From the NCBI GenBank assembly GCA_011109175.1, contig RDEW01000010.1:1226281-1290280 (forward strand): 64,000 nucleotides of DNA, written 5' to 3'. The notes beneath the pieces were generated by a model. The model had not been told where the DNA came from. It was given only the letters and a program-made list of their open reading frames with translations, and made no database searches. This stretch comes from Dicyema japonicum. Taxonomy: Eukaryota > Animalia > Dicyemida. Shown one piece after another: positions 12,805 to 26,474 of the stretch. Position numbers and translations under genes: made by a program. Positions within the stretch are counted from its first letter, which is position 1. Each line of letters begins with the position of its first letter.

Positions 12805-13160
12805 ATGGCCTTTGTTGAGGCCATGAACGATGCTTGTCCCTTTGGACCGGACAACCACCGGTTCAGAACGCTAACCACAAAACCGTCTGAGATTGTCATA
12901 AAGAACGTACCCTTCTGGGTTATGGATGACGACCTCCTGACTACCTACAGGAGATGGCTCCCTCAACCACGAGGGTTACTCGAATGTCCAGAGGAACACA
13001 GACTTTGCCAATGGCGAAGGTGTCAATCAATAACAAAACAGAGCACTAGTACGTGGGGGCTTCTACATTGGAAGGAACGTGATCACTTGCAAGTGGATGA
13101 GAAGAGGGCCGCCGATCAAAGCTGTCAACGTTGGAAGTGTCGAGGCCGCATAGGCGGACT
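12805..13160 (+). mobile_element. LINE ORF1 (gag-like) fragment
   Basis: SEIVIKNVPFWVMDDDLL, then frameshifted GGFYIGRNVITCKWMRRGPPI and a degenerate zinc knuckle. Confidence 0.55.
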
Positions 13161-13274
13161 AATTAAAAAACCTTGTCCTAACTCCTAATCCGGTTTTTGA
13201 ATAAAGTTGTTTAAGTTTTTTAGTGCTATATTTTGATATTTTGATTCTGCATTAAAGAAAAGAAAATGTCGACG

Positions 13275-13700
13275 ATTATAAACATTTATAAATTTTTTTG
13301 TTTTTCGATTTCGTATATTTCTTTTGTGTTATGGTGATTTCTGTTTCTAACATACACGAAAATGTCTGCTTTATTTGGCTGCACTTCAGTTATGACAAGA
13401 GTCCACTCGGATATCCTACCTTTGGGTTGTGATAATTGATCGAAGTGAGTGTGTTTATAGACATTTCGATTTCTTGATTCCATACATTCCACATATATGC
13501 AGATGAATTCATCTAGCAACTTCGTTATGCCTCCTCATATAGTCACTATTAAGGCATTTCTTCTACAACGTGTAGCCAAATGATCCACTGATTTCCTAGC
13601 CTTCTTGCAATGACTACAAACTGAATCATTGGTATCAAAAAACAAGTTCCTGTCCTGAAGCAAACAACACATGCCACTTCAGGAAAATGGACCCTTGCTT
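13275..13700 (-). mobile_element. R4/NeSL-like RLE retroelement C-terminal fragment
   Basis: LLQDRNLFF..CSHCKKARKSVDHLATRC..DYMRRHNEVAR..IRVD..NKADIFVY. Confidence 0.75.
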
Positions 13701-13899
13701 GTCTTTACTTCCAGTTTTGGGTAAAATAAGAGAGAAAATGCCAGAAAGTGAGATTGAAATAATTTATGATCAATTATAAGGTTTTCCTATCAATACTAGT
13801 TCAAAACCTATGATGGAACAGCACAAAATTTTAAACACAAAAAATTTATTTATTCACTGATAATTTCACCATTAATTGCTCTCTTTCATTTTTCTGAAG

Positions 13900-14154
13900 T
13901 ATCCTCCACAGTCTTCATGAGTAATCAATTCATGAGATGAGATGTTTCAGCTGTAAATCATCAATAAAGACTATTCGCCGATCCCCAACGTCAAATAATA
14001 CGGATATCTCCATCTCCTTGCACAGTTTTATTTTCAACGCCCCCAAGGTCATTGATGCATCTTCATCAACCCACTGCCGTATTAAATTTTTCTGATCAGC
14101 AGTCAAGATTGTTCGATGATCCCCGTCACACTTGACCACATTTGGTCTTTCCAT
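13900..14154 (-). mobile_element. Tc1/IS630-like transposase remnant
   Basis: RTILTADQKNLIRQWVDEDASMTLGALKIKLCKEMEISV (HTH-like) then IVFIDD. Confidence 0.55.
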
Positions 14155-14199
14155 TTTTCAGATATGAAGAAATAATTGTACGAGGAGGTTTCCTGGCTA

Positions 14200-14327
14200 T
14201 TGTTTCTTTCATTTTCCAGGTTGTTTTATGCGGTCATAGGAAGCTGAAATCGGGAGAGGATCTGGATGATCTAGGGCGGTTGCGAGGAACAGGGGAGGAT
14301 GGAAACGACTTACAGTGGGTATCCTGA
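14200..14327 (+). mobile_element. RTE LINE 3' fragment
   Basis: RKLKSGEDLDDLGRL matches the C-termini of the other RTE copies. Confidence 0.55.
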
Positions 14328-14388
14328 GATGCATGGCAAAAGTGGAATCTAAAATTAATTAACTTTTCTGGTTCCGCGGACATTGCTA

Positions 14389-14600
14389 TTAACAGTTAAC
14401 AATGTTGGCTGCTCTCATAATTGAAAACGCACTTCCCCTGACGATTTGCAAGGAAATGCGCTCAATGAGACAGCTCCTTTCTTTCCTATCGTTTTTCTTC
14501 TTCGCAATGAGCGAGCCGATCTTGTTTAGCAGGGTCAGTGAGCTGATTCTGTTGTTTTGACTACCACTGGTTCGAGGATGAATTGTCCTCCAAGAAAGAC
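14389..14600 (-). mobile_element. CRE-like RLE 3' fragment
   Basis: LLNKIGSLIAKKKNDRKERSCLIERISLQIVRGSAFSIMRAANIVNC*. Confidence 0.8.
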
Positions 14601-15489
14601 GACAGATTCTGAGACGACTCTTCGTAACCGTTAATGGCGTCACTATAACGATTCAGGTGATTAAGCCACCGACGTATCACTGGTACACTTTTCCATGATT
14701 TCTTCAAGGTTGAAGTATCATCTCGTACTTCTCTTGGACTCAGAAGACATTGGATACATGAATTTTTTGAAATAAGGAAACATCAGATGGACTAATGTTA
14801 GGATTCAATGTCCGTATGGTCAATATAGAGCTGTCGAGGAAACAGAACGATAGTAGAGAGTCTGTGCCTTTCCTAAAAAAACCTCAGGCTTCTGGCCACA
14901 CTCAGAAGCCATAAGGTCAATGTAACCCGATAGCTATCGTGAGAGGTAACGTCAATTATGATGGCGGGAATAAGCAGTTAGAATATATTGCCTCCGCATC
15001 CACAAATGCGAGTGGCTCAGGGCTCTTTCCTGCGCATCACTGAGGCTATTTATAGAAGATGACTAAACGAACATAATGGGACGAATCTTTGTCAATGGAA
15101 GTCCGGGAAATATCTGCCCTTAAACGACACCTGTATCGAAGGTTTCCTCCATTAAAAACTGACAGCTACTGAGAAAGGATCAGTCTCAGCAAAGGCGGAA
15201 ACTCTTAAAAATACTAAACCCTTGAAGGACAGTTCATCTTCAAAACTGTCACAGCCAAAACCTCTGGGATCCTGATCCAACAGTCTTGCGGATCGTTGAT
15301 AGCAAAAAGGCAAAAAAGGGATCCAAGAAGAGGTTGATTAAGAGTCGCAACCTGACAATAATAGTTTTGTTCATTCCTCAAATAAATATGTTTATAAACG
15401 TCACTTAAATTAATTTAGTTAAATAAATTTAAATTTTTTTTGATTTGGTTAATAAATTTAAATTTTAATTAAGTTTATAGTCAAATCGA

Positions 15490-17661
15490 TTCATAACGCT
15501 CAATGAGTAGGTTGTTGTATTGATTCGTCACCCTCAACAGATTATTTTTGATCGGTCCTAGTCCTCCCTCCTTATACTTTTGTGCGATAGCTATAATGGT
15601 ACTCCACCAAATAAACCTTCTTTATAGGTATTATTTGAGTCTCCCAGACAATCAAGCTTGTTTTTCAGCGAATCAATCTTAACTGTCAATTCAATCATAC
15701 ATATTTGTAATCGGGATTCCCGTTTAGCTTCTTCTCGATCGATTCCTTCCATTCTTTGAGCTTCTTTAGTGAAGACCGCAATTCTGATGCGTTAAATTGC
15801 TGGATACCAATTTCCACATTCTAAGTAAAATACACCAAACACCCGTCTCCGTTCTTCAAACACGTGCTTTAGCTTGTCAAATTGGGAGATTTCGGGTATT
15901 TTAGCCTCCATTTCTTGGCATTCAGATTTCAACTGTATTTCCTCAGCTAACATCGTTTCTTGAAGCTCACTGAGTTTTTCTAATTCAGCCTTCAGGGACT
16001 CGTTTTCTGCAACCTTAATAAGCCGTCAAACCTGAAATTAACTTTGGCAACGAAATTTCAGATCGGCTTCCTTGCAAATCTCGTCTTATCCTTTCCACCT
16101 CCTCTTCGGAAGGCAAATTGTCCAGTTTTTCCCGCTCCTAAAATTTCAACCACATGGACCTGTTTTATTTGTCGATTTAAGGCTGAAATCTCTCGCTCGA
16201 CGTTTTTGATTGCATTCTAAAAGATGAAGCCGAAGGGTACCAATTTCGAATTCATCAAATTTGGATAATTCAGTAGGAGTTCTAAAAGTAATCCTACGGT
16301 GGCTTGAACAAACCCTCAATTTCCACGTGCCTCTTCTGACTCTCCTGTAATCTACTTTCCAATTCTTCGATATTTGAATTCGAGTCTAAATCGATCGCTT
16401 TCAATTCTTCTTCCAGTTGGGAGATATTAGACTTACAGACTTCAATTCTGGACTTACAGGGACAGCTACTGTCTTTCGATGACTGCAATCTCCTGGTTGT
16501 CGTTGCGGACCTGAACGAGTAAATCCTCACGTTTTTTGTCGGGGTTAGTCTTGAGTGATATCTCTTGCCTCAGTTCATCCCTTTTGGCGGTTAAGGCGGA
16601 AATTTCCTCCAAATATTTAGCTTTTTTGAGAAATATAAATACCGACCGCCGATTTTGCAGGATCCCCCGAAATGAGCTAAAATTTCGATAACAAAAACTT
16701 TAAGGATTTGTTCCTTTTTCGTTTTCAGTGACTGAATTCTGATATAAATTCTCCAGGTCGGCTTCACAGTCACTCTTCTGACTGTAAAGACTCCGATACT
16801 CAGCTGCCGTCGATTCGTCCTATTTTGAGTTCCTCATTAAACCATTTCAGCGACCAGGTTTTCCAAATTCTCCTCAGAGAGCTGGGATTCCAACTGTGCT
16901 AGGCGTTTTTCAGAACTACGATTACGTCATCTAACCTCACTCGTTTCTCGAATCAATCAATATGTCCAACCGAGCTGATAACTGATGATTTTCATAGGCG
17001 GCCCAAATTACTTTACAAGGAATACCTCGTTCACTTCCCTTTCGATGTCTCCAACAGTCTCCCCCGAGTTGATTTTGTCAAGCAACTGTTAAAATTAGCA
17101 ATTTTGAGGGAAAAATATTATTCTGCTTGTTTTTATTTACCGTGTTGTACTGACTTAGTTGGTCCTTCAACTTTGCATTCTCGGCTGTGAGTTGGTTGAA
17201 TCTGGTGAGTCAGAAAGGTACTTTTGGTCGTAGACTGTCTGCATTTCGTGCTCCGTCTGTTCCGTCTCCACTTTTTCTTCCAAGCGGTTTATTTCAGTGA
17301 AGATTTCGTTGACTTTGTTTCTTGGCATTTCCTAAGCTCAAACCTTAATATTCCAATGTAATACGTCTTGTCTTGGACATTTCTTTTGGAGGCTACAATG
17401 TTATGAGCACGTGACCTGTGTCTAATCGTAGACCCCCAAGTCCCTGCTGTGTCGTAGGACGATCTTGTATTCGAACTGCAGAGTTGATAGCTTAATTAAG
17501 TTTACTGATTACATAATCCGACTGGCCTCTGTGATTGCTCGTTTCTCTAAAGTCATAACCGTGCCATGTACTGCTGCCGTTGATAGCCTCGTCGCTGTCC
17601 CGGTCGTCTGTCTGTTAGCCAGCACTAATTGTTAGGTAGTCATTGTACATTCCCGCTTCAT
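15490..17661 (-). CDS. IFT74: Intraflagellar transport protein 74; many tiny introns, at least two apparent frameshifts
   Basis: Spliced: RPTTQQGLGGLR..RNVQDKTYYIGILRNKVNEI.., KREDLLVQVRNDNQEIAVIERQ; ATG at 17661; introns mostly 20-25 nt; frame breaks near 17010 and 16740; 3' end approximate. Confidence 0.88.
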
Positions 17662-17779
17662 TGTTAGTCGCCTAGCAATTTATTTTCTAATATTTTTAAG
17701 TTAATTTTTTAAATTATTTTTTTATTATAAAACCTGTTTAAATTTTTCAACGTGGCGTCACGAATCCTTTGAATCCTTT

Positions 17780-18395
17780 CCAGACATAGGTGCAAGAGAT
17801 GCACGTCACCATCACAACCAAAAGGGTAACGATGAACAAGTTGGAGAAAGAGTGGATTGGTAAACGACGATCCTGCACATCACTTCGTTTGAGACTGTAT
17901 GAAGCCTTTGTCAAGCCGATCCTAATGTACAATTCATCGACCTGGGGAACGTCCAAAACCGAACAACTTGGACTAAACTCTTTCCATCGAAGACAACTTA
18001 GATCCCTACTAGGACTGAACTGCCAGCAAAAAAAAAGGAATCGCTGTACAAGAGATGTTGCACGGGTCCACTGAGTCTCGAAATTGCTGATATGCGCTGG
18101 AGGCTATTGGGCATATCTTGCTTATGGACTTGGGCGCTCCAGCAAACATAGCAATGGAGGACTACTTTATGAGACAGGGACCGTGCTTTCGTGGACGCCA
18201 GCGTATTACACTACATGAAACACTTGACGGAGATCTAAAGGTCGTGAACAAACTTCTAAGAAGTGGGGACGACCTAGACGAGTTGAGGAAACTTTCTTAC
18301 GATCGAGGAGGTTCGGAGGATTGTTTTGAATGCTGCACGAGTGAAATTATAACTCTTATGATTTTACGAATGTTGCTTATAATAATAATAACATG
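17780..18395 (+). mobile_element. RTE LINE 3' fragment with (TAA)n tail
   Basis: LRLRLYEAFVKPILMYNSSTW..FHRRQLR..RWRLLGHIL..FRGRQRITL; tail tataataataataac. Confidence 0.85.
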
Positions 18396-18779
18396 GCGTT
18401 ACGTGGTTTACTAATTCTGTAAGCTCTGTTGACCACTAAATGCACCTCGAAAAAGAACTGTTTACTCACTTCACCAGGAGACAATCCCATGGTGACCCGT
18501 TCAAACCTTGATTATACTTCCCCTAAAGATTTGCTTTACCTTGTCTGGGTCGCGTGATTAGTTAGTTTTGGTTCTTTCTTATTTATTTATTAACCCGGAT
18601 ACACCGAGAAAGAAGTTAAAGTAAACTGGCGCCACGCGGATATAGCCTAGATAAGGGTAGTCACTTTCAACCATCAAAATCAATTTATTTTATTTTTCTG
18701 ATTAAAAATACAATATTTAATTTTTTATTAATAAAAAAATTTAAGTTGGCCAAGTCTTTATCATAAAAGTTGGGATTGC

Positions 18780-19100
18780 GTCCAAGACCGTTTACAGACT
18801 GGAGGTGAAGAAAAAAGGAAGTATTACTTGCTTGCAAACGAGATGAGGTAGATGCTTGGTTTCAAGGTCTTCGTTATTCCGATAGTAATGACGTGGGAAG
18901 AAATTTCAACAAAGTATCATAAGGGTTTTCTAAAACAGTTAAGGGTAGATAAGAAGCTCCAAGTCTATCTACAGTCCACTGTTTTAAAGCGGACCCTAGA
19001 GAGCCTGACACTGGAGTATAGGAAGCTGGACCCGGAGATACTATATGGGCAGAGGGTTCAATTGTAAATAGCGCTCTCGAGTCGTTTCAGCAACCAGAAT
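18780..19100 (+). mobile_element. R4/NeSL-like RLE retroelement extreme C-terminus
   Basis: QDRLQT..EKRKYYLLANEM..VIPIVMTWE..TKYHK..YLQSTVLKRTLESLTLEYRK; complements the 13275-13700 fragment. Confidence 0.7.
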
Positions 19101-19559
19101 CTAATCTGCTTGAGGAGGCTGGGAACAGCGTGGAAGTATGCTGACCTCCCAAGCCTCTTGCTTTGAAAACCTCTGGAGTTCTTAATTAAAAACGGAAATC
19201 TAATCTCAACATGCTTATGGATCTTATTCCCTTGCGATCCTCAGGGAAGATAGCCACGGAGAATGGTCCTTTGACTCTAAATTTTTTGTTTCGTTTTAAA
19301 AATGTAATAAATAAAAATTTGAAAATGCAACATTTAAGTTAAATTCTGCCATAGTTTTTCCTTCCCAAGGGAGAGAATGTTCTTAAAGGTTAAGCCAACT
19401 ATTTAAGTGATTTCAGCCTCCAATAGCTCCCGAACTATCCTTGAGTGTTCCATCAGCGATCTAACTGCATTCCTGAAGTGCCTTCTGTTGTGTCTGCACA
19501 GGAATACTATCGAAGTGCCCTTCTTTAGAATTCCTCTTCGTGAGCCACCCTTTCTCTGA

Positions 19560-19720
19560 ATGGACTTCTTAGCTACTTGCATAGGGAGAAATTCCATCCT
19601 ACGATGTGCTCTATCAGTCATGCTTATTCTCGGCTTCCCTCCTCCTTTTTGCTATCAACAAATGGCATGTGGGTAAGAAAGGGATTTTGGTTTTAGAATT
19701 CCCGCGGTTTCGACCGCTAT
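19560..19720 (-). mobile_element. CRE-like RLE 3' fragment, degenerate
   Basis: PIAVETAGILKPKSLS..GSRE.A.LIEHIVG. Confidence 0.6.
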
Positions 19721-19989
19721 GGGGTTAAAATGAACTGTCTTGGTAAGGTCGTATTGTTTTTCTTTCCTATATTTATTTACTATTAAGCCACTTATATTCA
19801 TGTGGCTACAACGCCCTTGAATTGAACTTTGGAATTAATCTGATAAAGTTTTGTTTCTTAAAAAAATCTGATAAAGTTAACTTTGATATGAGATTTATGC
19901 GATATTAAAATTTACCTACAAAAATATATTATTTATTCATTAATTTTTTTAAATTACTAAATTTGATTTTGATTATAATTTAATAAAAT

Positions 19990-20140
19990 TTAGGAAGCTT
20001 GAATAGTCATGGTATTTCCTCTGACGATACCTATCGAGATAAGCTCTCGAAGCCATCCAGCCTCACGTGGATCCTTGGTGACCCTTTGGATCATTGAAAC
20101 GATCCGACGGACTAGATTGTCAGCTTGTGGGCCAAGGATT
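19990..20140 (-). mobile_element. CRE-like RLE 3' fragment
   Basis: RRIVSMIQRVTKDPREAGWLRELISIGIVRGNTMTIQAS* then AT island. Confidence 0.8.
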
Positions 20141-20199
20141 AATGACGTCTAAACAGCAAATGGGAAATCTTTACAATTATATAAAAATAAGAAACAGTC

Positions 20200-20290
20200 A
20201 GCTAGGGCATACACCGGCCCCCTGACTGCGTGCCATTCCCTTAGGATAGTTAGCGAGATTTGCTCAAATAGCCAGCAGCATCTCATGTTC
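20200..20290 (-). mobile_element. CRE-like RLE 3' tip
   Basis: tgctgctggctatttgagcaaatctcgctaactatcctaagggaatggc resembles 2445-2500 (CCWLFEQISLTIL). Confidence 0.7.
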
Positions 20291-21055
20291 ATGTAGAAAT
20301 CCGTAAAGTCTAATGAAATTTCAGTCACAAAATGTCAATGAAAGTCAAAAGGTTCCATTATGGCTTAGTGACTGCCTAAGCAATGTTGTTACCTCTCATT
20401 CTTTAATCAGAAATCATCCAAGTGTAGCAAGATCTCACAAGACAAATCGGTTTCTCTCCTCAGTTTACTTATCCACGAATGCCCCGACAGAGAAATCATT
20501 AAGAACGTAAAGTGGCCATAGGATGTGTGGAACGAATTAATCTGCTATACTACCTCCCAGTCGTTGTCTCAATGGATTATCCTGCAGATTTCTTTTCTCT
20601 ACAGGCGAGTGATCGTTCTAATCAATATAAATAGCGTCTTCAAATTTCCAATGAACTTCACTAAGCTCTGCATCAAAAATGTCTCTTTAGTCCACATGAT
20701 TACCATGCAAGAGAACTCGTACACCAGTAACATCCTGTAAACTACACATTTTCACACAAAAGTGGGGATCGTCATACGCTGCCAGTCCCGCATTAAGAGG
20801 TTCAATTAGAATTCCTTTAAAGATGGTCTTCCAAACCAGCCAAGGTATATAGATCACATCATAAGAACTCATGACGTCATATCGGGGAAACATCTCGAAA
20901 ACCATTGAGTCAGACTCAAAAAAAACAGATTCAAGCAAATACCAAGCACCAAAAATAGCACGTGGCTTAAGACACTCAAGATCCATCACCTCAAATGACC
21001 TTATGACGTCATAAAACAGCATAATTAAAAAAACAATAAATGTCAATCTGACACG

Positions 21056-21899
21056 TCATCTCTTCGCTTTCCGAGGCCGTCCCTTTCTAGAACGAGGCTT
21101 TGACTCAACCTCGCTAATCTCCCCCTTTAAAGGATAAACCCAATCAGTCAACTTCACTGAAGTAGACAGCTTCAGAGGACGCGGAATCCGCAGAACTGAC
21201 GACAAGTTCTTTAGAATTGCCGACTTCTTTGGTCCCTTCCTCCACAATAGTGTCACTTGAGTGATAAATGGGACAATTACTCTACAGAGACTCTGGGGAG
21301 GATAGTAGGCGGTAAGTAATTCGGGTCTTCGGCTACAATTAAGTCTCGATGTTACCTGGGAGGAACTTTTGGAAGTAATTTTGGACGTTCTCCTGAAATA
21401 AGAAAAATTGAACCTTAAAATTTCGGGCAAAACGAAGTGGAAAAGTTTCGGTAGGCAAAGAATCCAAAATCAAGGAGTAACTGATATCCTCGAGTTTGCA
21501 GGTCGTCCAGGAATTCGTCAATGTGCTGAAATCACGGAATGACAAACTTTCTCGTTCTTCAAAAGGAACCGATGAAGGACGGATTTGTAGAGAAGAACAG
21601 AGCCCTTCGTAATGGGGGACAAAAGCCACAAAATTATGAAAATTTTCAGTTCGTAGTAGAAAGGCAGCCAAACCAGAATAATATCCGCGAAAATTTCGAC
21701 GACCAAAAAGACGGAGAAGACAATCCAGAACATGAGCAATTCGGGCTTTCAAATAAAGCTATGATTTTACATATTGTCTCACATTTCTGGACCTCAGAGC
21801 CTTGAAGGATGAGTAGGAAGCATAAAGTGGAGCAATCCCATTTCTAAAGTGAATCACATATGCTTACACTGTGACCTTACTGATGAACCAACCGAGCAT
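21056..21899 (-). CDS. REEP: REEP1-4-type (TB2/DP1/HVA22) ER-shaping protein, apparent frameshifts
   Basis: MLGWFISKVTV|..YASYSSFKALRSRNVRQY|..LMFWIVFSVF..WLPFYYELKIFIILWLLSPITKGSVLLY..|HIDEFLDDLQTRGY; 22-25 nt introns. Confidence 0.82.
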
Positions 21900-22339
21900 T
21901 TAACCTAATTTTATTAACACAGTTTTTATAAAAAAAAATTAATACAAGTAAAAAAATAAAAAATTTCAAAAACCCACAAAGATGATAGATTCAAATCAAC
22001 CGGCAGATAAAAATAAATTTAATAATAAATTAGTTAAATTAAGTAATTTTAATTAATTAAAAAATATAGTAAAAATTTATTATTTAATCAATACAAAGTG
22101 AATTTCCACACACAAGAAAAAAAAGGACGAAAAGTCAAAAATATTTTTAATGGAATTCCTTATCACGAAATAATAAACATTGGCGTCTTCGAGCGTTCCT
22201 TTTGCTTTCTTGTTTCCACGCAGTTTCTCTTTAGAGGGATTTACAGAGGTATGGATTGCGCGAATTGTCTTAATCTCCTCTATGTGGGTGTTACTTTTTG
22301 TTACTAAATTTCTTGAGAATGACCACACCTATACCCATA

Positions 22340-22540
22340 GAATGTTAGCCAAGAGTGCTGCTTTTGTCGGAGTCAAAGGTTAACTCTGCCAGTCGACCTA
22401 AATACTGACTTGAAAAACCTGAAAAAGAGTTGAAAACCGCGGACAACCTGGACTCTATGCGATAATTAGCTAACAATTAAAGACCGTGGAAGAAACTGAC
22501 ATTTAATAGGTTAGGGTCTAGAACTGCACATAAGGGACTA
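22340..22540 (+). mobile_element. RTE LINE 3' fragment
   Basis: LTLPVDLNTDLKN..LKTADNLDSMR..RPWKKLT resembles ORF 55901-56098. Confidence 0.6.
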
Positions 22541-24554
22541 TTAGTACTATAGTTCACGTGAAACCGAAGCTTATTAATATCTGACACTAAATTGTCTTAT
22601 GACGTCATTTTTTCATTTCAGTAATCGGCTGGCTATTAAGCTGTAACTGCAGACTGAGCAAAGATTTGAGTTACCCCTTGTGATCGTGAGCTCAATGTTC
22701 TAAAGGAACCATCGTGTCGTTCTAGGATCTCACTTCCTTGATCCTGCAAGGTAACCAATCAGTCTAACAAATGGAGACGAAGATTCCAGATGTCTCCTGT
22801 TGACCGATAACTTTTACCCCCAATTAGTTTCCTGGTTTTTTTGAAACGCAAGGAACCCCCTGTAATTGAATTTTTAAAATTATTTTTTTAGTTGAAAAGT
22901 AATGTTAGTCACATTTTTTTGCATTTGATAATATCTAAATTATTTAAATTACATGTTAATTTAAATAAAAATTATTATTTTTAAATTCACGTTGCTTTGC
23001 ACGTTTTTAGGTTAGTTGTTGCATTGGTTGTTAACCCCAGTTCATTATATGCGCTGGTCTCACACTTCCATACATTATGACTCACTGTCTTTACGATTTG
23101 TGGGGACATTGTTTTGTTTCTTTTTGAATTTGTTTCAATAGTAAATTAACCTGTGCTCAATTTGCTCCGGAAGAAAGGCTGGAGATCCCTTACTCACAGA
23201 TTAAATCCCTCGTTTCTCTTGGCAGACTTAGGAGACAATGTAATACCGAAATTTTGAATCAGAGGACCTTTGGATACACCAAGAATTTCAAAACCCCAAA
23301 TTTGAAAAAACTTAGTCAGGAATTATTTATTGTGAGGGCTTCACGTGTAGGATGACAGTTGAATACACATAAGTTACCACGTGGGAGCATCTTTTTATAT
23401 GGATCCATGAGATTAGAAACAAATTCATTTCAACTTTCTATCGCCTCTTACGGTTAACGACTCATTTAACGAGAAAATGGAGGTGGTGTTCAGGTCAAGT
23501 ACCTCCTCTTAGTAGAGACGGCTTTCTGAATCTAAGATATTAAATAATTATTAGTTTTTTGGCTTTTTAGTTAAAATTTTTTAATAATTGAATTTGATCC
23601 CACGCCTCATCAATTGAAACTAGAAACCCGGTAAGTGTGTCTTCGGATGCTCGAGGTCAGCCCTCTGTATAATCTAGTGTAAGATATAGATAAATTGACG
23701 AAAATCTTTGCTATGAACCAAGCGTAGACGTGAGGTGACGGGTAACTTTATAATTCCCACACAGATGCATTTTGGGGGTGAATTTTTGGTGGAATTATCA
23801 TGAATAGTTTTGTTAGTAGATTTCTATTCTTAATGATCATATTAGCAAACGCCAACTTTGATATTTGCCTGGTGTGTGCACGTGTGTGACAGTATTAATA
23901 AAATCTAAAATTACAGCTAAAGAGAAGATGCTCAATTATCTGATCTAAGGCTCACCCGATGTCTTGAATTTATTCAAAGAAAACCTGTTTTTTTTGTTTG
24001 TCTCTGAGATAATCCATTTTTTGTGTAGGATGGGGGTTGAGTCACTCGCAATGTGTATTGATATTGGGCTTCCTTCAGATGTAGTCATCACTAGCATTGT
24101 CTCCCTATTTTATTTGAAGGTGGGGGAGTTGGCTCAAAGCCAGCTAGTAGAAGAAGCCGTAAATGAGCTGAAATTAAGAACGAGGTTTTTCGAATAAGGA
24201 GAATTTCCCATCTCTTCTGGATTTGTTGACTGAATCAGAAGACAAGGATGCCCGGTTATGTGAATCATCCTTTTAATTTCGTTCCATTAAAGCAGTGAGG
24301 CTGAAAGACAGGAATCACAAGCGTATTTGACTGTAGGCTTCAGGAACTGGTTAGAGTATAATGAGCATTTCTAGGAGGAAAGGAAATGGGAAGACGGTAG
24401 AGTTCTAGAAAAATCATGATGTCACAGCAATTTAAAATTTAATAAAATTATTAAAACTTTATTTTAAAATTTAAATTATATTTATGTGGGTTTGACTTCC
24501 ACAACACTACTTACCTGGTTGAAGGATCCCTTTCTGCTCTTTCTCTTAATCGAA

Positions 24555-24660
24555 TTCTGGTACAAGCAGATGTTCTCTCTTTGGTTCTTCCCTTGGATTA
24601 GTTAGTTATGACTGTTTGTGCTGGGCTTACAATGGTAAGCCTGGGGTTAATAATAATCGA
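24555..24660 (+). mobile_element. tRNA-derived SINE, 3' part
   Basis: acaagcagatgttctc..tgtgctgggctta..ctggggttaataataat aligns with the 3' end of 33904-34350. Confidence 0.75.
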
Positions 24661-26474
24661 CCTCTGAAAGGCTTCATGTGATTCACCTGTTACGGAAACG
24701 CTCAATGCCTGACCAACTTTCAAAGAAGGTCCAGTTTTTCTTATGAGGGGTTCCTACAATGGCAGATATTCATGGGGTGTTGCTTGGAAAGATGCTTCTC
24801 ACTCCACTGTGGAACTGGATATTCCTTAACTAGAGGTAAATGAGCTCTCATAAATTCGTGTTCTCACACGACGTCTCTCTAATCTATTCATTTCTCCACC
24901 ATCACTTCCTCTCAGAGAAATCTACGAGGAATCATGGTCGTGGTTTCTTATGCTTCTCTAAAGAACCAGGAAACAAACCCATTGAGTGATAGGATCCCTT
25001 GGACAGAGGAAGCCGATTGGTTTTTATGGCAGACTCACTGATGTAGCTATTCTTGGAGGCTCTTTCGTTTAACGGACACTTAAGATCACACGAGGAGAGT
25101 TCTCGGACAATAGGAAGCTCTGATTAGTTGTTCTAACATCTCTCCTAATGGTCTTGGTATGTAAAGTAAGGCTTAAAATTCACCGGCTAATAGAAGTACT
25201 CGTGGGTCGTGGCAAAGCTCAGTGCATATTTTTTCCAATCTCCTGAGAACGTAAAGAGCGGAGTCAGCAGTACTCGAATCACACATTTAAACATTTTTTG
25301 CGAACGAAAAAATTATGAATTTGCCAATAAAATTTCGTCCGTAAATAAGGCCTTTTTTCGTTTGTCGCACGATTGGGTTCTTCTGTTTTTTTATTTGTCA
25401 GGGTTTGTCGTCCTCATACAATATGATCCTTATAAGAACAGTTAGTCAAGTGGTCGAGATAGTAGCATACCTCTATTGCTTGAAATATCGTCATGGGTAA
25501 AAGTCCTTGGCTTTCTTTTCGTGAACATGTACAGAGCAACAGACTCAGGAGACCAAAGTTCTGAACGAATCGAATGTCGGATTGGTATAGGATTCGAGTT
25601 TAAATCTCGCTCGGTATGAAATTGAAAGACCATCTAAGCGTATCCTGGACACTAGCTTCTCTTATTAAAGATGATTTAGGATTCTCACGTATTATTCTTG
25701 GATTGCTTGTGATATGTTTTCGCCTTGTACAAAGGACTGTAAATGATGTTTAACCGAACAATTGAAACGTGTGGAATTCACTCAACACAACTTATATCAC
25801 GAGTACCAAGCACTATCAAAAGACGTTTAGAAGATGACTTTTATTATAAGCTTTCATTATCTCCGAATTTAGTAGATCAAAGGAATCCTCACTTAAGTTT
25901 TCTGTCAAAACCTCTGACTCTTGTTATCCCAAAAAATTATTATCTTCTACGTGTTTCGATAATCTATCAAAAATCAAGCGTTCCATAATTTTCGATATCT
26001 CTATTAAAAAACAAATTAGGTTGATCGCTAGGAGATCTCAGATTTTTCAGACTTGAAGATCAATCCCACAGTGGTGCATCTATTATAGTGGAGTCCGTAA
26101 ATATTGACTTAAGTATGCTTTAAGGCGAAAAGATCTTTTAGGAGTGGCTTAACATGAGTCTTGCAATAGCACTTATTTTTTCAATCTCGAAGCTTTAACG
26201 TGGGGGAAGTGATTGATGAAGGAAGATGAGGTACAATGTCTCTCACAAGGAGGCACAAGCTGACTATGTTACTATTGTGAACATTTTGGTAAACAATAAC
26301 TAATCAAGGGAGACGGTCTTCTCAAGTTCCTCCATATGTATTTAAACCAAGACGTTGTTCTCTTAAGTCCACTAAGAAGGCAGACAAGGGTACACACACC
26401 TCTGGGATATGAAGACATTAAGTACATTAGAGCTACGTAACCACATCAACTTTCGGGGTAATTAAACACCAGAC

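Noticed and set aside
22240-22290. Zinc-ribbon protein (MDCANCLNLLY)
   Set aside because: No second CxxC; the downstream sequence is an RTE remnant
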